A stretch of DNA of 64,000 nucleotides from Candidatus Kapaibacterium sp. GTDB lineage: Bacteria; Bacteroidota; Ignavibacteria; Kapaibacteriales; UBA2268. The stretch spans positions 339 to 64,338 of the forward strand of contig JAPLFL010000048.1 of the NCBI GenBank assembly GCA_026390695.1, given 5' to 3'. Within the stretch, counting starts at the first letter, position 1. Each line of letters begins with the position of its first letter. This document shows, in pieces, positions 39,630 through 49,899 of this stretch. The translations under genes were made by a program, and so were the position numbers. A model generated the notes under the pieces. It did no database searches. It worked only from the letters and a program-made list of their open reading frames with translations, and was not told the origin of the DNA.

Positions 39630-40643
39630 ATGGATAATAAAAGAAGTAATACTTCGCTGATCAAAAAGTTTTTGGAAAAAAGCATGATAAGAATCGGACT
39701 ATTCGCAATGTTTATTTTTCTTCCCGCAGTATTATTAGCTCAAAGCTATAAATATACTATGCAGACCATTGGAAAACATGATGATGAAGTCTTAGGAGTT
39801 TTTGTCAATGAAGCAAACACCAAATTTGCTACTTGTAGCCTTGATGAAACTATAAAAATTTGGAGTTTACCAGAAGGGAAAGAACTTTTAACTCTCAAAG
39901 GACATCTCGGTGCTGTTAATAATATTTCATTCTCCGGCAATGACCTGTGGCTTGCAAGCGCATCTGCTGATAATACCGTAAGAATTTGGGATGTTAACGA
40001 TGGAAAAGAATTAAAAATTCTGAAAGGACATACCGATCAAGTAATCGGATGCTATTTTAGTCAGGATGACAGCTCCTTTTACGTTGCAAGTACAAGTTTT
40101 GATAAAACCGTTAAGTTATGGGATGTCCGTACCGGTATGGAAGTTAAAACGCTGCGTGGGCATACCGAATATACAAATAACGTTGCCTATAGCTATGATA
40201 AAAAATATATAGCTTCCTGCAGTGACGATAAAACTATTAAAGTTTGGTCAACCGATCAGACATCCAAAGAACCGATAATGACCTTGCTTGGGCATGAAGC
40301 TTCTGTTCTAACCTGCCTTTTCAGTTATGACTTTAAAACTCTTGCCTCATCGGATCAGGACGGCAATATATTAATTTGGGCAATTCCGAGCGGAAAGTTA
40401 GTCAGAACAATAAAAGCACACAAAGACATTGTCCAAGATGTTTCTTTTTCAGAAGATTCTAAAATTCTTCTAAGCGGTAGTCTTGATAAAACTGTTAAAC
40501 TTTGGAACGTTGCTACTGGAGCAAATATTATGACTTTCGATGTCGGTGCTGAAGTTTGGAGTGTTGATCTCAATAGCGATGTATCAATCATCGTTGTAGC
40601 ATGCGTAGATGGTACTGTCAGAATGTTAAAAAGAGTTAAATAA
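39630..40643 (+). CDS. WD40-repeat beta-propeller protein with an N-terminal signal peptide or anchor
   Basis: 337 aa; seven WD repeats (GH...WD/WS...IK(V)W units). Confidence 0.75.
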   Translation: MDNKRSNTSLIKKFLEKSMIRIGLFAMFIFLPAVLLAQSYKYTMQTIGKHDDEVLGVFVNEANTKFATCSLDETIKIWSLPEGKELLTLKGHLGAVNNISFSGNDLWLASASADNTVRIWDVNDGKELKILKGHTDQVIGCYFSQDDSSFYVASTSFDKTVKLWDVRTGMEVKTLRGHTEYTNNVAYSYDKKYIASCSDDKTIKVWSTDQTSKEPIMTLLGHEASVLTCLFSYDFKTLASSDQDGNILIWAIPSGKLVRTIKAHKDIVQDVSFSEDSKILLSGSLDKTVKLWNVATGANIMTFDVGAEVWSVDLNSDVSIIVVACVDGTVRMLKRVK

Positions 40644-40660
40644 TTATTAAGGAGAATCAA

Positions 40661-41425
40661 ATGAATTTAAAAAAGATATTAAATTTTACCGGAAAGTGTG
40701 CTCTTATTGCCATTTCAGCAGCAATTATTTTTTTATTAAATATTAATCAAAGCAGAGCACAGGAAGGCTCATTGCTAAGTACCGTAATTTCTTTAACTGG
40801 TAACGCAATTAATGAAATAACCGGTGATCCCGTAACTGCTTTTATCACAATTTTTGATACCGATGGTAAAAAAGTCAACGGTGGGCGCAGTGATGCCACT
40901 AATGGCGGTTATTATTTTATTACCGGATTAAAACCTGGTAAAACTTATACTGTTGAAGTTAAACAAAAAAATTATTTTATAGAAAAATTCGTATTAGCCA
41001 TTTCAAAAGATGAAAGAACACCTGAAGTATCACATGATATATTAATGAAACCGCTCTCAGTCGGTACTGCCATTAAATTACGTGTTCCTCCATTTGAACT
41101 CAATAAGTCCAAACTTCGCGTTGGTAGCGAAATATTTCTTGAAAATATCAAGAGTGCTTTAATGACCAATCCAACTGTGAAAATTGAAATTTCATGTTAC
41201 CCTGATAATGCTTCAAATCTCAAAATTAACAAAGAATTAACGGAAGAACGTGCCAAGGCTCTTATGGCATACTTTACCTCTGCCGGGATTACAGCTGACA
41301 GAATTATGTCAAGTCACGGAAATGAGAAAATTGATCCTAATCCCAAGAACTCACCTCCTACAGGTAAATCCGCAAAAGGTAAAAGATATATCGGAACATC
41401 ATACATTATCGTTCGATTAGTCTAA
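40661..41425 (+). CDS. OmpA-family protein (N-terminal carboxypeptidase-regulatory-like domain plus C-terminal OmpA/MotB peptidoglycan-binding domain)
   Basis: 254 aa; signal peptide; C-terminal FELNKSKLRVGSEIFLENIKSAL...LTEERAKALMAYF. Confidence 0.7.
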   Translation: MNLKKILNFTGKCALIAISAAIIFLLNINQSRAQEGSLLSTVISLTGNAINEITGDPVTAFITIFDTDGKKVNGGRSDATNGGYYFITGLKPGKTYTVEVKQKNYFIEKFVLAISKDERTPEVSHDILMKPLSVGTAIKLRVPPFELNKSKLRVGSEIFLENIKSALMTNPTVKIEISCYPDNASNLKINKELTEERAKALMAYFTSAGITADRIMSSHGNEKIDPNPKNSPPTGKSAKGKRYIGTSYIIVRLV

Positions 41426-41443
41426 CTCAACTTATCAAAAAGA

Positions 41444-41478
41444 AATTCAAACCCTTCCTAAACCGAAGGGTTTTTTTT
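41444..41478 (+). terminator. Rho-independent terminator (AAACCCTT-loop-AAGGGTTT followed by T9)
   Basis: Hairpin plus a poly-T tract immediately after the OmpA-family gene. Confidence 0.75.
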
Positions 41479-41527
41479 TCTTGCTATTCCTGTGTCTATG
41501 CTATCATTTTTTTAAGCTATTTTACAT

Positions 41528-44104
41528 TTGAATGTAAGAATAATTAGAACTTTAAGATTGAACTTGATTTTATCAATTATTTCCAAAGCGAAAGAATTTA
41601 TTAATAGATTGGCCCAACTTATTTTCAGTCAGTTTATCATCCCATTCCTCCAAAAACTGAACCATTTTATTCTAAAGTCGCTTCCAAAGCCTTATATCAA
41701 TCGTTTCATTTCCACAAAAATTAGACTTTTACAACACTTTACCAAGAAATCTAAACCTATCATTGCTTGGCTTTCACATTACTATAAGCCTATTAATTTA
41801 TTTTTAGATAAGTATAAAAAGATAAAAAAATTATTACTAATCTTTCTTTACGGATTACTAATTTTTCTTTTCTTAGATTTAATATTCCCTGTAAATTCAG
41901 ATATAAAGTACTCTCAGACTCTTCTTTCAAGTGATGGGCAGGTTCTTGCAAGCTTCCTTAGTACAGATGGAATGTGGCGTTTTAAATCAGAATTAAATGA
42001 AATCTCTCCAAAACTGATCACAACAATAATTTTTAAAGAAGACCGATTTTTCCGCTACCATCCTGGCTTTAACCCATATTCAATTGTTCGGGCACTAATT
42101 TCAAATATTATAACGGGTAAACGTTCTTTTGGCGCTTCTACTATAACTATGCAGTTAGCCAGGATGCTCAAACCCAAAAAACGCAGCTATTTCAATAAAT
42201 TAATTGAAATATTCAGGGCTGTTCAACTTGAACTGCATTTTTCAAAGAGTGATATTTTAGAAATGTACCTTAATCATCTCCCCTATAGCGGTAATATTGA
42301 AGGTTGCAAAGCAGCATCAGTAATTTACTTCGGGACTTTACCCGATAAATTAAGTCTGGCTCAAGCAACAGCTATGGCCGTAATTCCTCAAAATCCAAAC
42401 AAATATAGGCCAGGGATTGAAAATGATCTTATTAAACTATTAAGAAATAAATTACTAAATAAACTTTTACTCAAAAATATTTTCAGCAGCGATGAAATTA
42501 AAACTGCATCCACTGAACCAGTAATAGCATCTCGGCACGAAATTCCACGATTAGCTCCACATCTGGCAGTAAGATTAAATCAGAGCTATCCCTTTAAACC
42601 CGTTATCAGAACAAAAATCAATTACCGGATTCAGTCCATAGCAAGCGATCTTACTCAAAATCATCTTATTAATCAACGAGAAAAAGGTATTTTTAATGCT
42701 GCTGCTATTGTGATTGATAATAATACACGCAATGTTATCGCTTATATCGGTTCCAATGATTTTTTTGATATGGTTCACTGCGGACAAGTTGATGGAATCA
42801 AAGCCATTCGCTCACCCGGAAGCGCACTTAAACCTCTTGCTTTCGGAATGGGATTTGAATTTGGTTTAATAACTCCAAAGTCACGATTATTCGATATTCC
42901 AATTCTAAATAGTGAGTTCAGCCCTGAGAATTTTACTGGTACTTTTAAAGGAGAAGTTGCTGCAGAACTATCCCTTATTAAATCGCTCAATGTGCCAGCT
43001 GTTCGACTTGTTCAAATGTTTAAATATCAAACATTCGTCGATCGGCTGATTAAGGCTCGGTTTAAAACTATTTCGAAACAAAGGAACAAACTGGGAATTT
43101 CAATAATCCTTGGTGGCTGCGGAGTTACGCTTGAAGAGCTTGCAAATATGTATTGTAGCTTTGCAAATGCCGGTAATATCAGCAACCTGAAATATTCAAT
43201 TTATGATACCGAATCTGCCTCAGAGCAAATTCTCAGCCCGGAAGCTTCATTTATGATTGCTGAAATATTGGCTAAATCCCCTCGTCCAGACTTGCTCTAT
43301 GGTTATCAGTCTCTTCAGGATATTCCTTTGATTGCCTGGAAAACCGGTACTTCTTATGGTAGGCGCGATGCATGGAGCATTGGCTTTAATCCTGAATACA
43401 CTGTAGCCGTTTGGTCGGGCAATTTTACCGGCGCACCTTGCGTAGAGCTCACGGGTGCTGAAGTTTCTACACCACTTATGTTTGAGATATTTCGTTATAT
43501 CAACAGAAATAATAAAACATGGTTTCATAAACCTGAAAATGTACTTTCAAGACTTGTTGATGAGCAAACAGGGCTGTTACCGGGAGAATTTACAAAAAAT
43601 ACAGTTGAAGATTATTACATACCGATGGTATCCACGATGGAAGTTTCGAATAATTTAGTAAAAGTTTTCGTTTCACTCGATGAACAGATTGCATATTGCG
43701 AAAAGTGTCTGCCAAACGGTAATTACAAACCGATGCTCTATCCAAAAATTCATCCCGACCTGATGTCATATTATGAAAAATATTCTATTCCATATCAAAA
43801 GATACCAGCACACAACCCTAATTGTAATCATTTATCTGAAGGTAATGCACCAGTCATATCTTTTCCGCTGAACGGACAGGAATATTTGTTAGAAAAAAAT
43901 AGTCAGCAAAAAATCCTACTCCAATGCTATTCACAGAACGATGTGCACGAAGTCTTCTGGTTTATAAATAATAAATTTTTCGCAAAAGCCTCAGCAAATG
44001 ACAAACTCTTTTTCGCTCCTGAAACAGCGGGTAAATATAAAATCTCATGCTCGGACAATCAGGGTAGAAACAGAGATGTGAATATTGTAGTAAAATTTTA
44101 TTAG
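41528..44104 (+). CDS. pbpC: Penicillin-binding protein 1C-like bifunctional transglycosylase/transpeptidase
   Basis: 858 aa; GT51 motifs (EDRFFRYHPGFNP, GASTITMQLAR) and transpeptidase SxxK (SPGSALKP). The start codon is uncertain. Confidence 0.8.
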   Translation: MNVRIIRTLRLNLILSIISKAKEFINRLAQLIFSQFIIPFLQKLNHFILKSLPKPYINRFISTKIRLLQHFTKKSKPIIAWLSHYYKPINLFLDKYKKIKKLLLIFLYGLLIFLFLDLIFPVNSDIKYSQTLLSSDGQVLASFLSTDGMWRFKSELNEISPKLITTIIFKEDRFFRYHPGFNPYSIVRALISNIITGKRSFGASTITMQLARMLKPKKRSYFNKLIEIFRAVQLELHFSKSDILEMYLNHLPYSGNIEGCKAASVIYFGTLPDKLSLAQATAMAVIPQNPNKYRPGIENDLIKLLRNKLLNKLLLKNIFSSDEIKTASTEPVIASRHEIPRLAPHLAVRLNQSYPFKPVIRTKINYRIQSIASDLTQNHLINQREKGIFNAAAIVIDNNTRNVIAYIGSNDFFDMVHCGQVDGIKAIRSPGSALKPLAFGMGFEFGLITPKSRLFDIPILNSEFSPENFTGTFKGEVAAELSLIKSLNVPAVRLVQMFKYQTFVDRLIKARFKTISKQRNKLGISIILGGCGVTLEELANMYCSFANAGNISNLKYSIYDTESASEQILSPEASFMIAEILAKSPRPDLLYGYQSLQDIPLIAWKTGTSYGRRDAWSIGFNPEYTVAVWSGNFTGAPCVELTGAEVSTPLMFEIFRYINRNNKTWFHKPENVLSRLVDEQTGLLPGEFTKNTVEDYYIPMVSTMEVSNNLVKVFVSLDEQIAYCEKCLPNGNYKPMLYPKIHPDLMSYYEKYSIPYQKIPAHNPNCNHLSEGNAPVISFPLNGQEYLLEKNSQQKILLQCYSQNDVHEVFWFINNKFFAKASANDKLFFAPETAGKYKISCSDNQGRNRDVNIVVKFY

Positions 44105-44115
44105 ACAGTCAACCA

Positions 44116-45099
44116 TTATTTATTCTTATACCAAGCCACACTCCGACGGATTGCTTCCTCAAGTCCCACTGCAGGTTTCCAACCAAGCATACGTTTTGCC
44201 TTATCAATAGAAAACCAATAATTGCTCCCACCGTTTGATATACGGTAACGAGTCAATAGTGGCGGAGTTTTTACAGCAAATAGTAAGTAAATCATCTCCC
44301 AGACGAATGCAATCGCATATCCAACCGGAAATGGAATAGACATTTTCGGTTTTTTAAATCCTAATTCATCACAAAGTAATTCGGTAAATGTCTTCCAATC
44401 AATATCCAAGCCGTCTGTAATAAGGAAATCTTCTCCTGCAGCGTCCGGATGGAAGCATGCAAGAACTATGGCATCAGCAAGATTTTCTACATAAACAGGA
44501 CAAGTTTTAGTTAAACCACCCGAAACATAGCCACCTTTGCCATCTCTAAGAGCATCAAAATATTTTTCAATAAATGTATGATCTCTTGTCCCAAAAACAT
44601 TTCCAGGGCAAATTGATGTAAATTCCATAGGGCAAGTTTTTTCAAATTCATTAAGCCAAAGTGCAGACAAGCGCTTAGTTTCAACATAATGAAAGATAGA
44701 TTTTTTATAAGAGCTCAATTCGTTCAGTGGCTCAGGATCACCGAATCCATAAATTGCACTTGTACAAATATCGACAAATCTATGAACACCAGCTTCTGCT
44801 GCTGACTTTGCCACATTCTGAACACCTGCGACGTTTGCATTATAAAATGTGCTAAAATGCCCCCAATCGGACGCAAGAGCAGCATTATGAACTACCACAT
44901 CGACACCGGTCATAGCTCTTTTAACAGATTCAATATCGGTAATATCGCCATAATAAAGTTCAATATCGAAATCTATAATAAATTTCAAATCCGATGTTTT
45001 ACGGATTAATCCACGAACTGTGTGTCCGGCTGCGAGCAGTTTTTCAGCTATATGACTTCCGATAAAGCCATTAACACCTGTTATTAAGACCAGTGCCAT
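44116..45099 (-). CDS. NAD-dependent epimerase/dehydratase (SDR family)
   Basis: 327 aa; N-terminal Rossmann motif ITGVNGFIGSHIAEKLL. Confidence 0.75.
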   Translation of the reverse strand: MALVLITGVNGFIGSHIAEKLLAAGHTVRGLIRKTSDLKFIIDFDIELYYGDITDIESVKRAMTGVDVVVHNAALASDWGHFSTFYNANVAGVQNVAKSAAEAGVHRFVDICTSAIYGFGDPEPLNELSSYKKSIFHYVETKRLSALWLNEFEKTCPMEFTSICPGNVFGTRDHTFIEKYFDALRDGKGGYVSGGLTKTCPVYVENLADAIVLACFHPDAAGEDFLITDGLDIDWKTFTELLCDELGFKKPKMSIPFPVGYAIAFVWEMIYLLFAVKTPPLLTRYRISNGGSNYWFSIDKAKRMLGWKPAVGLEEAIRRSVAWYKNK

Positions 45100-45222
45100 A
45101 AATATAATCTTTGTATGTTTTACTTAAATCCAAAAATAACAAAAAAATATGGTATATTATTAATTTATACTTAAAATAAATTAACTACGTCATTATATCT
45201 TTTTTTACTCGGAAAATAGCTG

Positions 45223-46215
45223 ATGCAACAAAATTATAGAGTGGGAAATTTCGGTGGATTCTCAATGTTTCCACCTGTGATAAAGTTTTTATTAGTATCA
45301 AATGTAATAGTTTTCTTTTTTCAAGAAGTATTTCTTGGCATTTTAGGTGAATTTTTTCATGTTGGCAACCTACCACTTGAATATTTTTACATGAAATTTT
45401 TAGCTTTACAACCTGTTGCACCAAGTGGACATGAATTTAGTTCGAATTTCTATTTCTGGCAATTATTAACATATCAGTTCATGCATGGCAGCTTTTGGCA
45501 CTTATTTTTTAATATGCTTGCCTTATGGATGTTTGGTGCTGAACTGGAAACTTTGTGGGGTAGCAGGAAGTTTATCATTTACTATCTGCTTTGCGGAATA
45601 GGAGCCGGTCTTACTCAATTATACATTAGCCCTATATTTTCTTTTCCTGCACCAACAATAGGTGCTTCAGGAGCAATTTATGGGATATTAGCAGCATTCG
45701 GAATGAATTTTCCTAACAGAAAAATCATGATGTTTCCGATATTTATCCCAATTCCAGCAAAAATATTTGTAATAATCTTCGGAGCAATGGAATTGATCAA
45801 CGGATTGGGCAGTAGCGACGGTGTTGCACACTTTGCCCATCTTGGTGGCGCTGCTATTGGAGTTTTATTAGTTCTTTTCGGCGATAAGTGGGGAATATAT
45901 TCATTTTTTGATAAAATATTTTCAGCTAAGAAAGAACAAAAAATCGGTGGAAGTTCATTTGGTAATTTCGGTAGTGGACAGTACACTGGTCAGCAGCAGC
46001 AAAGTCAGCCAAAAGTAATTAAAACAAACTGGTTTAAAAAAGCCGATGATCCGCTACCAGTACCGCGTCCAAGCCAGACATTTACTAATAACGGCGAAGA
46101 AATTGATCAGCGAAGAATTGACGAGATATTGGATAAAATCTCTGCTCGTGGCTATCAGAGCCTGAATGACAGAGAGAAAGATATTTTAAATGAATTAAGT
46201 AAGAAGCTTAAATAA
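45223..46215 (+). CDS. Rhomboid-family intramembrane serine protease
   Basis: 330 aa; GASGAIYGIL (catalytic Ser) and AHLGGAAIGVLL (catalytic His). Confidence 0.8.
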   Translation: MQQNYRVGNFGGFSMFPPVIKFLLVSNVIVFFFQEVFLGILGEFFHVGNLPLEYFYMKFLALQPVAPSGHEFSSNFYFWQLLTYQFMHGSFWHLFFNMLALWMFGAELETLWGSRKFIIYYLLCGIGAGLTQLYISPIFSFPAPTIGASGAIYGILAAFGMNFPNRKIMMFPIFIPIPAKIFVIIFGAMELINGLGSSDGVAHFAHLGGAAIGVLLVLFGDKWGIYSFFDKIFSAKKEQKIGGSSFGNFGSGQYTGQQQQSQPKVIKTNWFKKADDPLPVPRPSQTFTNNGEEIDQRRIDEILDKISARGYQSLNDREKDILNELSKKLK

Positions 46216-47298
46216 ATGAATAATACAACACTAAATATACAGGCGAAGATAACTCGCCGTCCTACACGCAAGGTATTTGTCGGGAATATTCCGATTGGCG
46301 ATGGGTCTCCAATATCAGTGCAGACAATGACCAAAACTAAAACAGCCGACGCTGTGGCAACCATTGAACAAATAAAACGTTGCCACGAAGCCGGAGTTGA
46401 TATAGTCCGTGTAACAGTTAATGATAAAGATGCTGCTGAAGCTATGTCAGCAATTGTTGCCGGAAGCCCAGTTCCAATCGTAGCGGATATCCATTTCAAC
46501 CATATTTTTGCTCTAAAAGCCATAGAAGCCGGTGTAGCAAAAGTTCGTATCAATCCGGGCAATATAGGTTCACGTGAAAGGATAGGACAAGTTCTTGCCA
46601 AAGCAAAGGAAAGAAATATACCTATTCGTATTGGAGTTAATTCCGGATCACTCGAACATGATATTCTTGAAAAGCATGGTTATCCTACTGCAGAGGCTCT
46701 TTTTGAAAGTGCAATGCGGCATGTTGAGATTGCTCAGGATTTTGATTTTGATAATCTGATTATTTCAGTAAAATCAACTAATGTTTCATTAATGATTGAA
46801 GCATATCGACTCCTGGCTTTGAGAACCGATTATCCGTTGCATCTCGGTGTAACGGAGGCTGGTTCTATTCGAGTTGGGACTATTAAATCCGCAGTAGGTA
46901 TAGGGGCACTTCTATCTGAAGGAATCGGTGATACAATACGAGTTTCTTTGACAGACGAACCCGAACGAGAGGTTGAAGTTGGCAAAGAGCTATTGCGCTG
47001 TTTGGGATTGACTCAACGTAGTGTTGAAATTATTTCATGTCCAACCTGCGGACGTTTGGAAGTAAATTTATTCAAAATTATTGAAAATCTTGAAAAAGCA
47101 ATTGTTAATATCAGAAAACCTGTTAAAATTGCTATTCTCGGATGTGCTGTAAATGGGCCAGGTGAAGCAAAGGAAGCAGATATAGGTCTTGCATGCGGCA
47201 AAGGTAGCGCCTTGATGTATAAGAAGGGTGAACTACTCAGGAAAATCAAAGAAGAAGATATAGTTTCCGAAGTATTAAAAGAGATTGAAGCTTTTTGA
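46216..47298 (+). CDS. ispG: 4-hydroxy-3-methylbut-2-en-1-yl diphosphate synthase (IspG/GcpE)
   Basis: 360 aa; VGNIPIGDGSPISVQTMTKT..., and C-terminal [4Fe-4S] CPTCGR...GCAVNGPGE. Confidence 0.92.
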   Translation: MNNTTLNIQAKITRRPTRKVFVGNIPIGDGSPISVQTMTKTKTADAVATIEQIKRCHEAGVDIVRVTVNDKDAAEAMSAIVAGSPVPIVADIHFNHIFALKAIEAGVAKVRINPGNIGSRERIGQVLAKAKERNIPIRIGVNSGSLEHDILEKHGYPTAEALFESAMRHVEIAQDFDFDNLIISVKSTNVSLMIEAYRLLALRTDYPLHLGVTEAGSIRVGTIKSAVGIGALLSEGIGDTIRVSLTDEPEREVEVGKELLRCLGLTQRSVEIISCPTCGRLEVNLFKIIENLEKAIVNIRKPVKIAILGCAVNGPGEAKEADIGLACGKGSALMYKKGELLRKIKEEDIVSEVLKEIEAF

Positions 47299-47319
47299 GT
47301 TTGTAAAGTTTCAAACTAG

Positions 47320-47447
47320 AGGCTGTCTCAAAAGCCTCATTTCTGTCATTCCTGCGAATGCAGGAATCCCCTAAAGTGGCACTGGAAGGAGATTCCTGCA
47401 TAAGCAGGAATGACATTTTTGTTAAATATGTGGCTTTTGAGACAGTT
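47320..47447. mobile_element. MITE-like palindromic element, family A, copy 2 (inverted relative to 8515..8643)
   Basis: TIRs aggctgtctcaaaagcc / ggcttttgagacag; internal hairpins tcattcctgcgaatgcaggaat and gattcctgcataagcaggaatgac. Confidence 0.7.
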
Positions 47448-47530
47448 TCAAGTTTTTCCCTCCGGTATTGGCTCTAGTAGAACATCTTCGGTTGGTTTCG
47501 TTTAATAAATATAAAAAGGTAAATTTAAAT

Positions 47531-47568
47531 AATAAAAAAGGCGCAACCAATATATGATTGCGCCTTTT
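47531..47568. terminator. Bidirectional terminator (AGGCGCAA-loop-TTGCGCCT flanked by A and T runs) between ispG and tRNA-Gln
   Basis: 8-bp stem with a T-rich tail on both strands. Confidence 0.6.
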
Positions 47569-47575
47569 ATTTAAG

Positions 47576-47648
47576 CTGCCCCGAGAGGGCTCGAACCTCT
47601 ACTCTTCTGATCCAGAGTCAGACGTGTTGCCAGTTACACCACAGGGCA
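47576..47648 (-). tRNA. tRNA-Gln (anticodon CUG)
   Basis: Hand-folded cloverleaf: acceptor U1-A72 with G73 discriminator (Gln-type), D-stem GTGT/ACAC, anticodon loop CU-CUG-GA, T-loop TTCGAGC. Confidence 0.8.
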
Positions 47649-47654
47649 GGTTTG

Positions 47655-47695
47655 AGAAAGTAGAAGGTAGAAAAGTAGAAAAGTAGAAAAAGAGA
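47655..47695. repeat. Tandem heptamer repeat (A/G)GTAGAA(A) x5
   Basis: gagaaagtagaaggtagaaaagtagaaaagtagaaaaagag. Similar arrays occur at 52432..52474 and, in reverse orientation, at 63251..63286. Confidence 0.6.
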
Positions 47696-47864
47696 AGAAA
47701 GAAAATAGAAAATTGTAGAGCGCGCTTTTGCTTTACATAAAATTTTAACTTCAAAAGAACTTTACTATTATAGAATTATTTTTTTGAAGGGTGCTAAATA
47801 ACAATTAGCCTTATTCTCAACTTTTTATTTTTCTACCTTCAAACTTTTGCCTTCTATAACCTCG

Positions 47865-47937
47865 TGGACCCGATGAGGGTCGAACTCACGACCTCTAGAG
47901 TGCGATTCTAGCGCTCTACCAACTGAGCTACGGGCCC
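47865..47937 (-). tRNA. tRNA-Ala (anticodon CGC)
   Basis: Hand-folded: acceptor GGGCCCG with the G3-U70 wobble (Ala identity element), D-loop AGTTGGTA, anticodon loop AT-CGC-AC, T-loop TTCGACC, discriminator A. Confidence 0.8.
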
Positions 47938-47986
47938 GCCTCTCAAAAGGAATTCAAAATTACCACTTTTTTTTTATTTGACCAAA

Positions 47987-49762
47987 CTATTTATCACTTT
48001 TTACAACTCTGATTCCCAATTCTTCTAATTGCGCATCATCTACAGATGACGGTGAACCATCCATTAGTGATAATCCGCTCGTAGTCTTGGGGAATGCAAT
48101 AACGTCACGTATATTATCAGTTCCGCCTAATGTCATTATAATTCTGTCAAGACCAAGAGCTATTCCACCGTGCGGTGGAGCACCATACTTTAAAGCATTA
48201 AGTAAATATCCGAATTTTAAATCGGCTTCTTCTGAACTTAGTCCGATAAGATTAAACATTTTGCTCTGAACATCACTTGTATGTATTCTTATACTGCCAC
48301 CGCCAAGCTCAGAGCCATTAACCACTAAATCATAAGCTTTTGCACGAGCTTTTTCAGGTGCTGTATCCAATAATGGAATATCCTCATCCATAGGTGCTGT
48401 AAAGGGATGATGCATTGCAATATATCGCCCTGACTCCTGATCAAATTCCAAGAGTGGAAAATCAATAACCCAATGGAATGAGAAATTGTTTTTTATCGTA
48501 TCATAAATTCCGGTTTGTCTGGCAATCTCCAGACGTAGAGCGCCAAGTACTGTATATGCGCGAGTCCATGTGTCGGATACAATTAATAATAAATCTCCGT
48601 TTTCGGCACCTGCTGCTATTTTTATATTCTCAATTTCTTCTTGAGTTAAAAACTTAGCAATAGGTGAATTTACAGTATTTTCTGTGAATTTTATCCAGGC
48701 AAGCCCTTTAGCTCCATATTTCTTAGCATAATCTGCTAATTCATCTAACTGTTTGCGGGAATAATTGGAACAACCTTTTGCATTAATTAGCCCGATCGTC
48801 CCAGCAGTTGCGATATTATCAGCGAATACTTTAAAAGTTGAATTTTTAACAATATCTGTAATTGTTGAAATCTCCAATGAGAAACGTAAATCAGGCTTGT
48901 CGCTTCCAAAGCGGGTCATTGCTTCATCATAACTCATTTTAAGAAAGGGCGATTGTATGTCTATATTTAATATTTCTTTCCATAACCTCTCTATCAGACC
49001 TTCTGTTACAGCCATTATATCATCTCGGTCTATGAAGGACATTTCAACATCAATTTGAGAAAACTCTGGCTGGCGGTCACTCCGCAAGTCTTCATCACGG
49101 AAACATTTTACAATTTGCATATATCTGTCAAAACCGGAAATCATCAGTATTTGTTTGAATATCTGCGGTGATTGCGGCAGTGCATAGAATCTACCTTTGT
49201 TGATTCTGCTCGGTACAAGAAAATCACGGGCTCCTTCGGGAGTGGACTTCATTAACACAGGGGTTTCTACCTCAAGAAAACCATTTTCCGCATAGTACTG
49301 GTGCACTATTTGATATGCTTGATTACGTGTAATAAAGAATTTCTGTAAAACAGGACGCCTCAAATCCAAATATCTGTATCTCAGCCTTAGTTCTTCGTTT
49401 GTTGTAATCGAATCTGAAATTTCGAAAGGTGGTAATTCAGCCTGATTTATTATTTCAAATTCATCTATTAATATCTCAATTAAACCAGTCGGAATGTTAG
49501 GATTCGGATTTTCGCGCAATCTAACCTCACCGGATGCCCAGATTACGAATTCTTGTTTGAGCTGTGCTGACTTGGCTGCAAGTTCTGCCTGGAATTCCGG
49601 TAAAATCACCAATTGAGTGATCCCATAACGATCACGCAGGTCAATAAAAATTAATCCTCCTAAGTCGCGTACTACAGCAACCCATCCATTAAGAACAACT
49701 TTTTCACCATTATTTTCAGGTCTTAATTGTCCACAGTTATTTGTTCTTTTCTTAAATGTCAT
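47987..49762 (-). CDS. aspS: Aspartyl-tRNA synthetase
   Basis: 591 aa; class II motifs (FRDEDLRSDRQPEFSQID; GGGSIRIH; GLDRIIM). Confidence 0.93.
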   Translation of the reverse strand: MTFKKRTNNCGQLRPENNGEKVVLNGWVAVVRDLGGLIFIDLRDRYGITQLVILPEFQAELAAKSAQLKQEFVIWASGEVRLRENPNPNIPTGLIEILIDEFEIINQAELPPFEISDSITTNEELRLRYRYLDLRRPVLQKFFITRNQAYQIVHQYYAENGFLEVETPVLMKSTPEGARDFLVPSRINKGRFYALPQSPQIFKQILMISGFDRYMQIVKCFRDEDLRSDRQPEFSQIDVEMSFIDRDDIMAVTEGLIERLWKEILNIDIQSPFLKMSYDEAMTRFGSDKPDLRFSLEISTITDIVKNSTFKVFADNIATAGTIGLINAKGCSNYSRKQLDELADYAKKYGAKGLAWIKFTENTVNSPIAKFLTQEEIENIKIAAGAENGDLLLIVSDTWTRAYTVLGALRLEIARQTGIYDTIKNNFSFHWVIDFPLLEFDQESGRYIAMHHPFTAPMDEDIPLLDTAPEKARAKAYDLVVNGSELGGGSIRIHTSDVQSKMFNLIGLSSEEADLKFGYLLNALKYGAPPHGGIALGLDRIIMTLGGTDNIRDVIAFPKTTSGLSLMDGSPSSVDDAQLEELGIRVVKSDK

Positions 49763-49899
49763 TTTAATCTTATATCTAAATGAGTATAACCTACAAAAAT
49801 ACGAAATATTCTTTTCTTTAGGAAATTAAGGTATTATGTAAAATATTTTATCGGTTTATACTTCAATAATTAGCTTTATAAATACATAGAACAAAGAAT

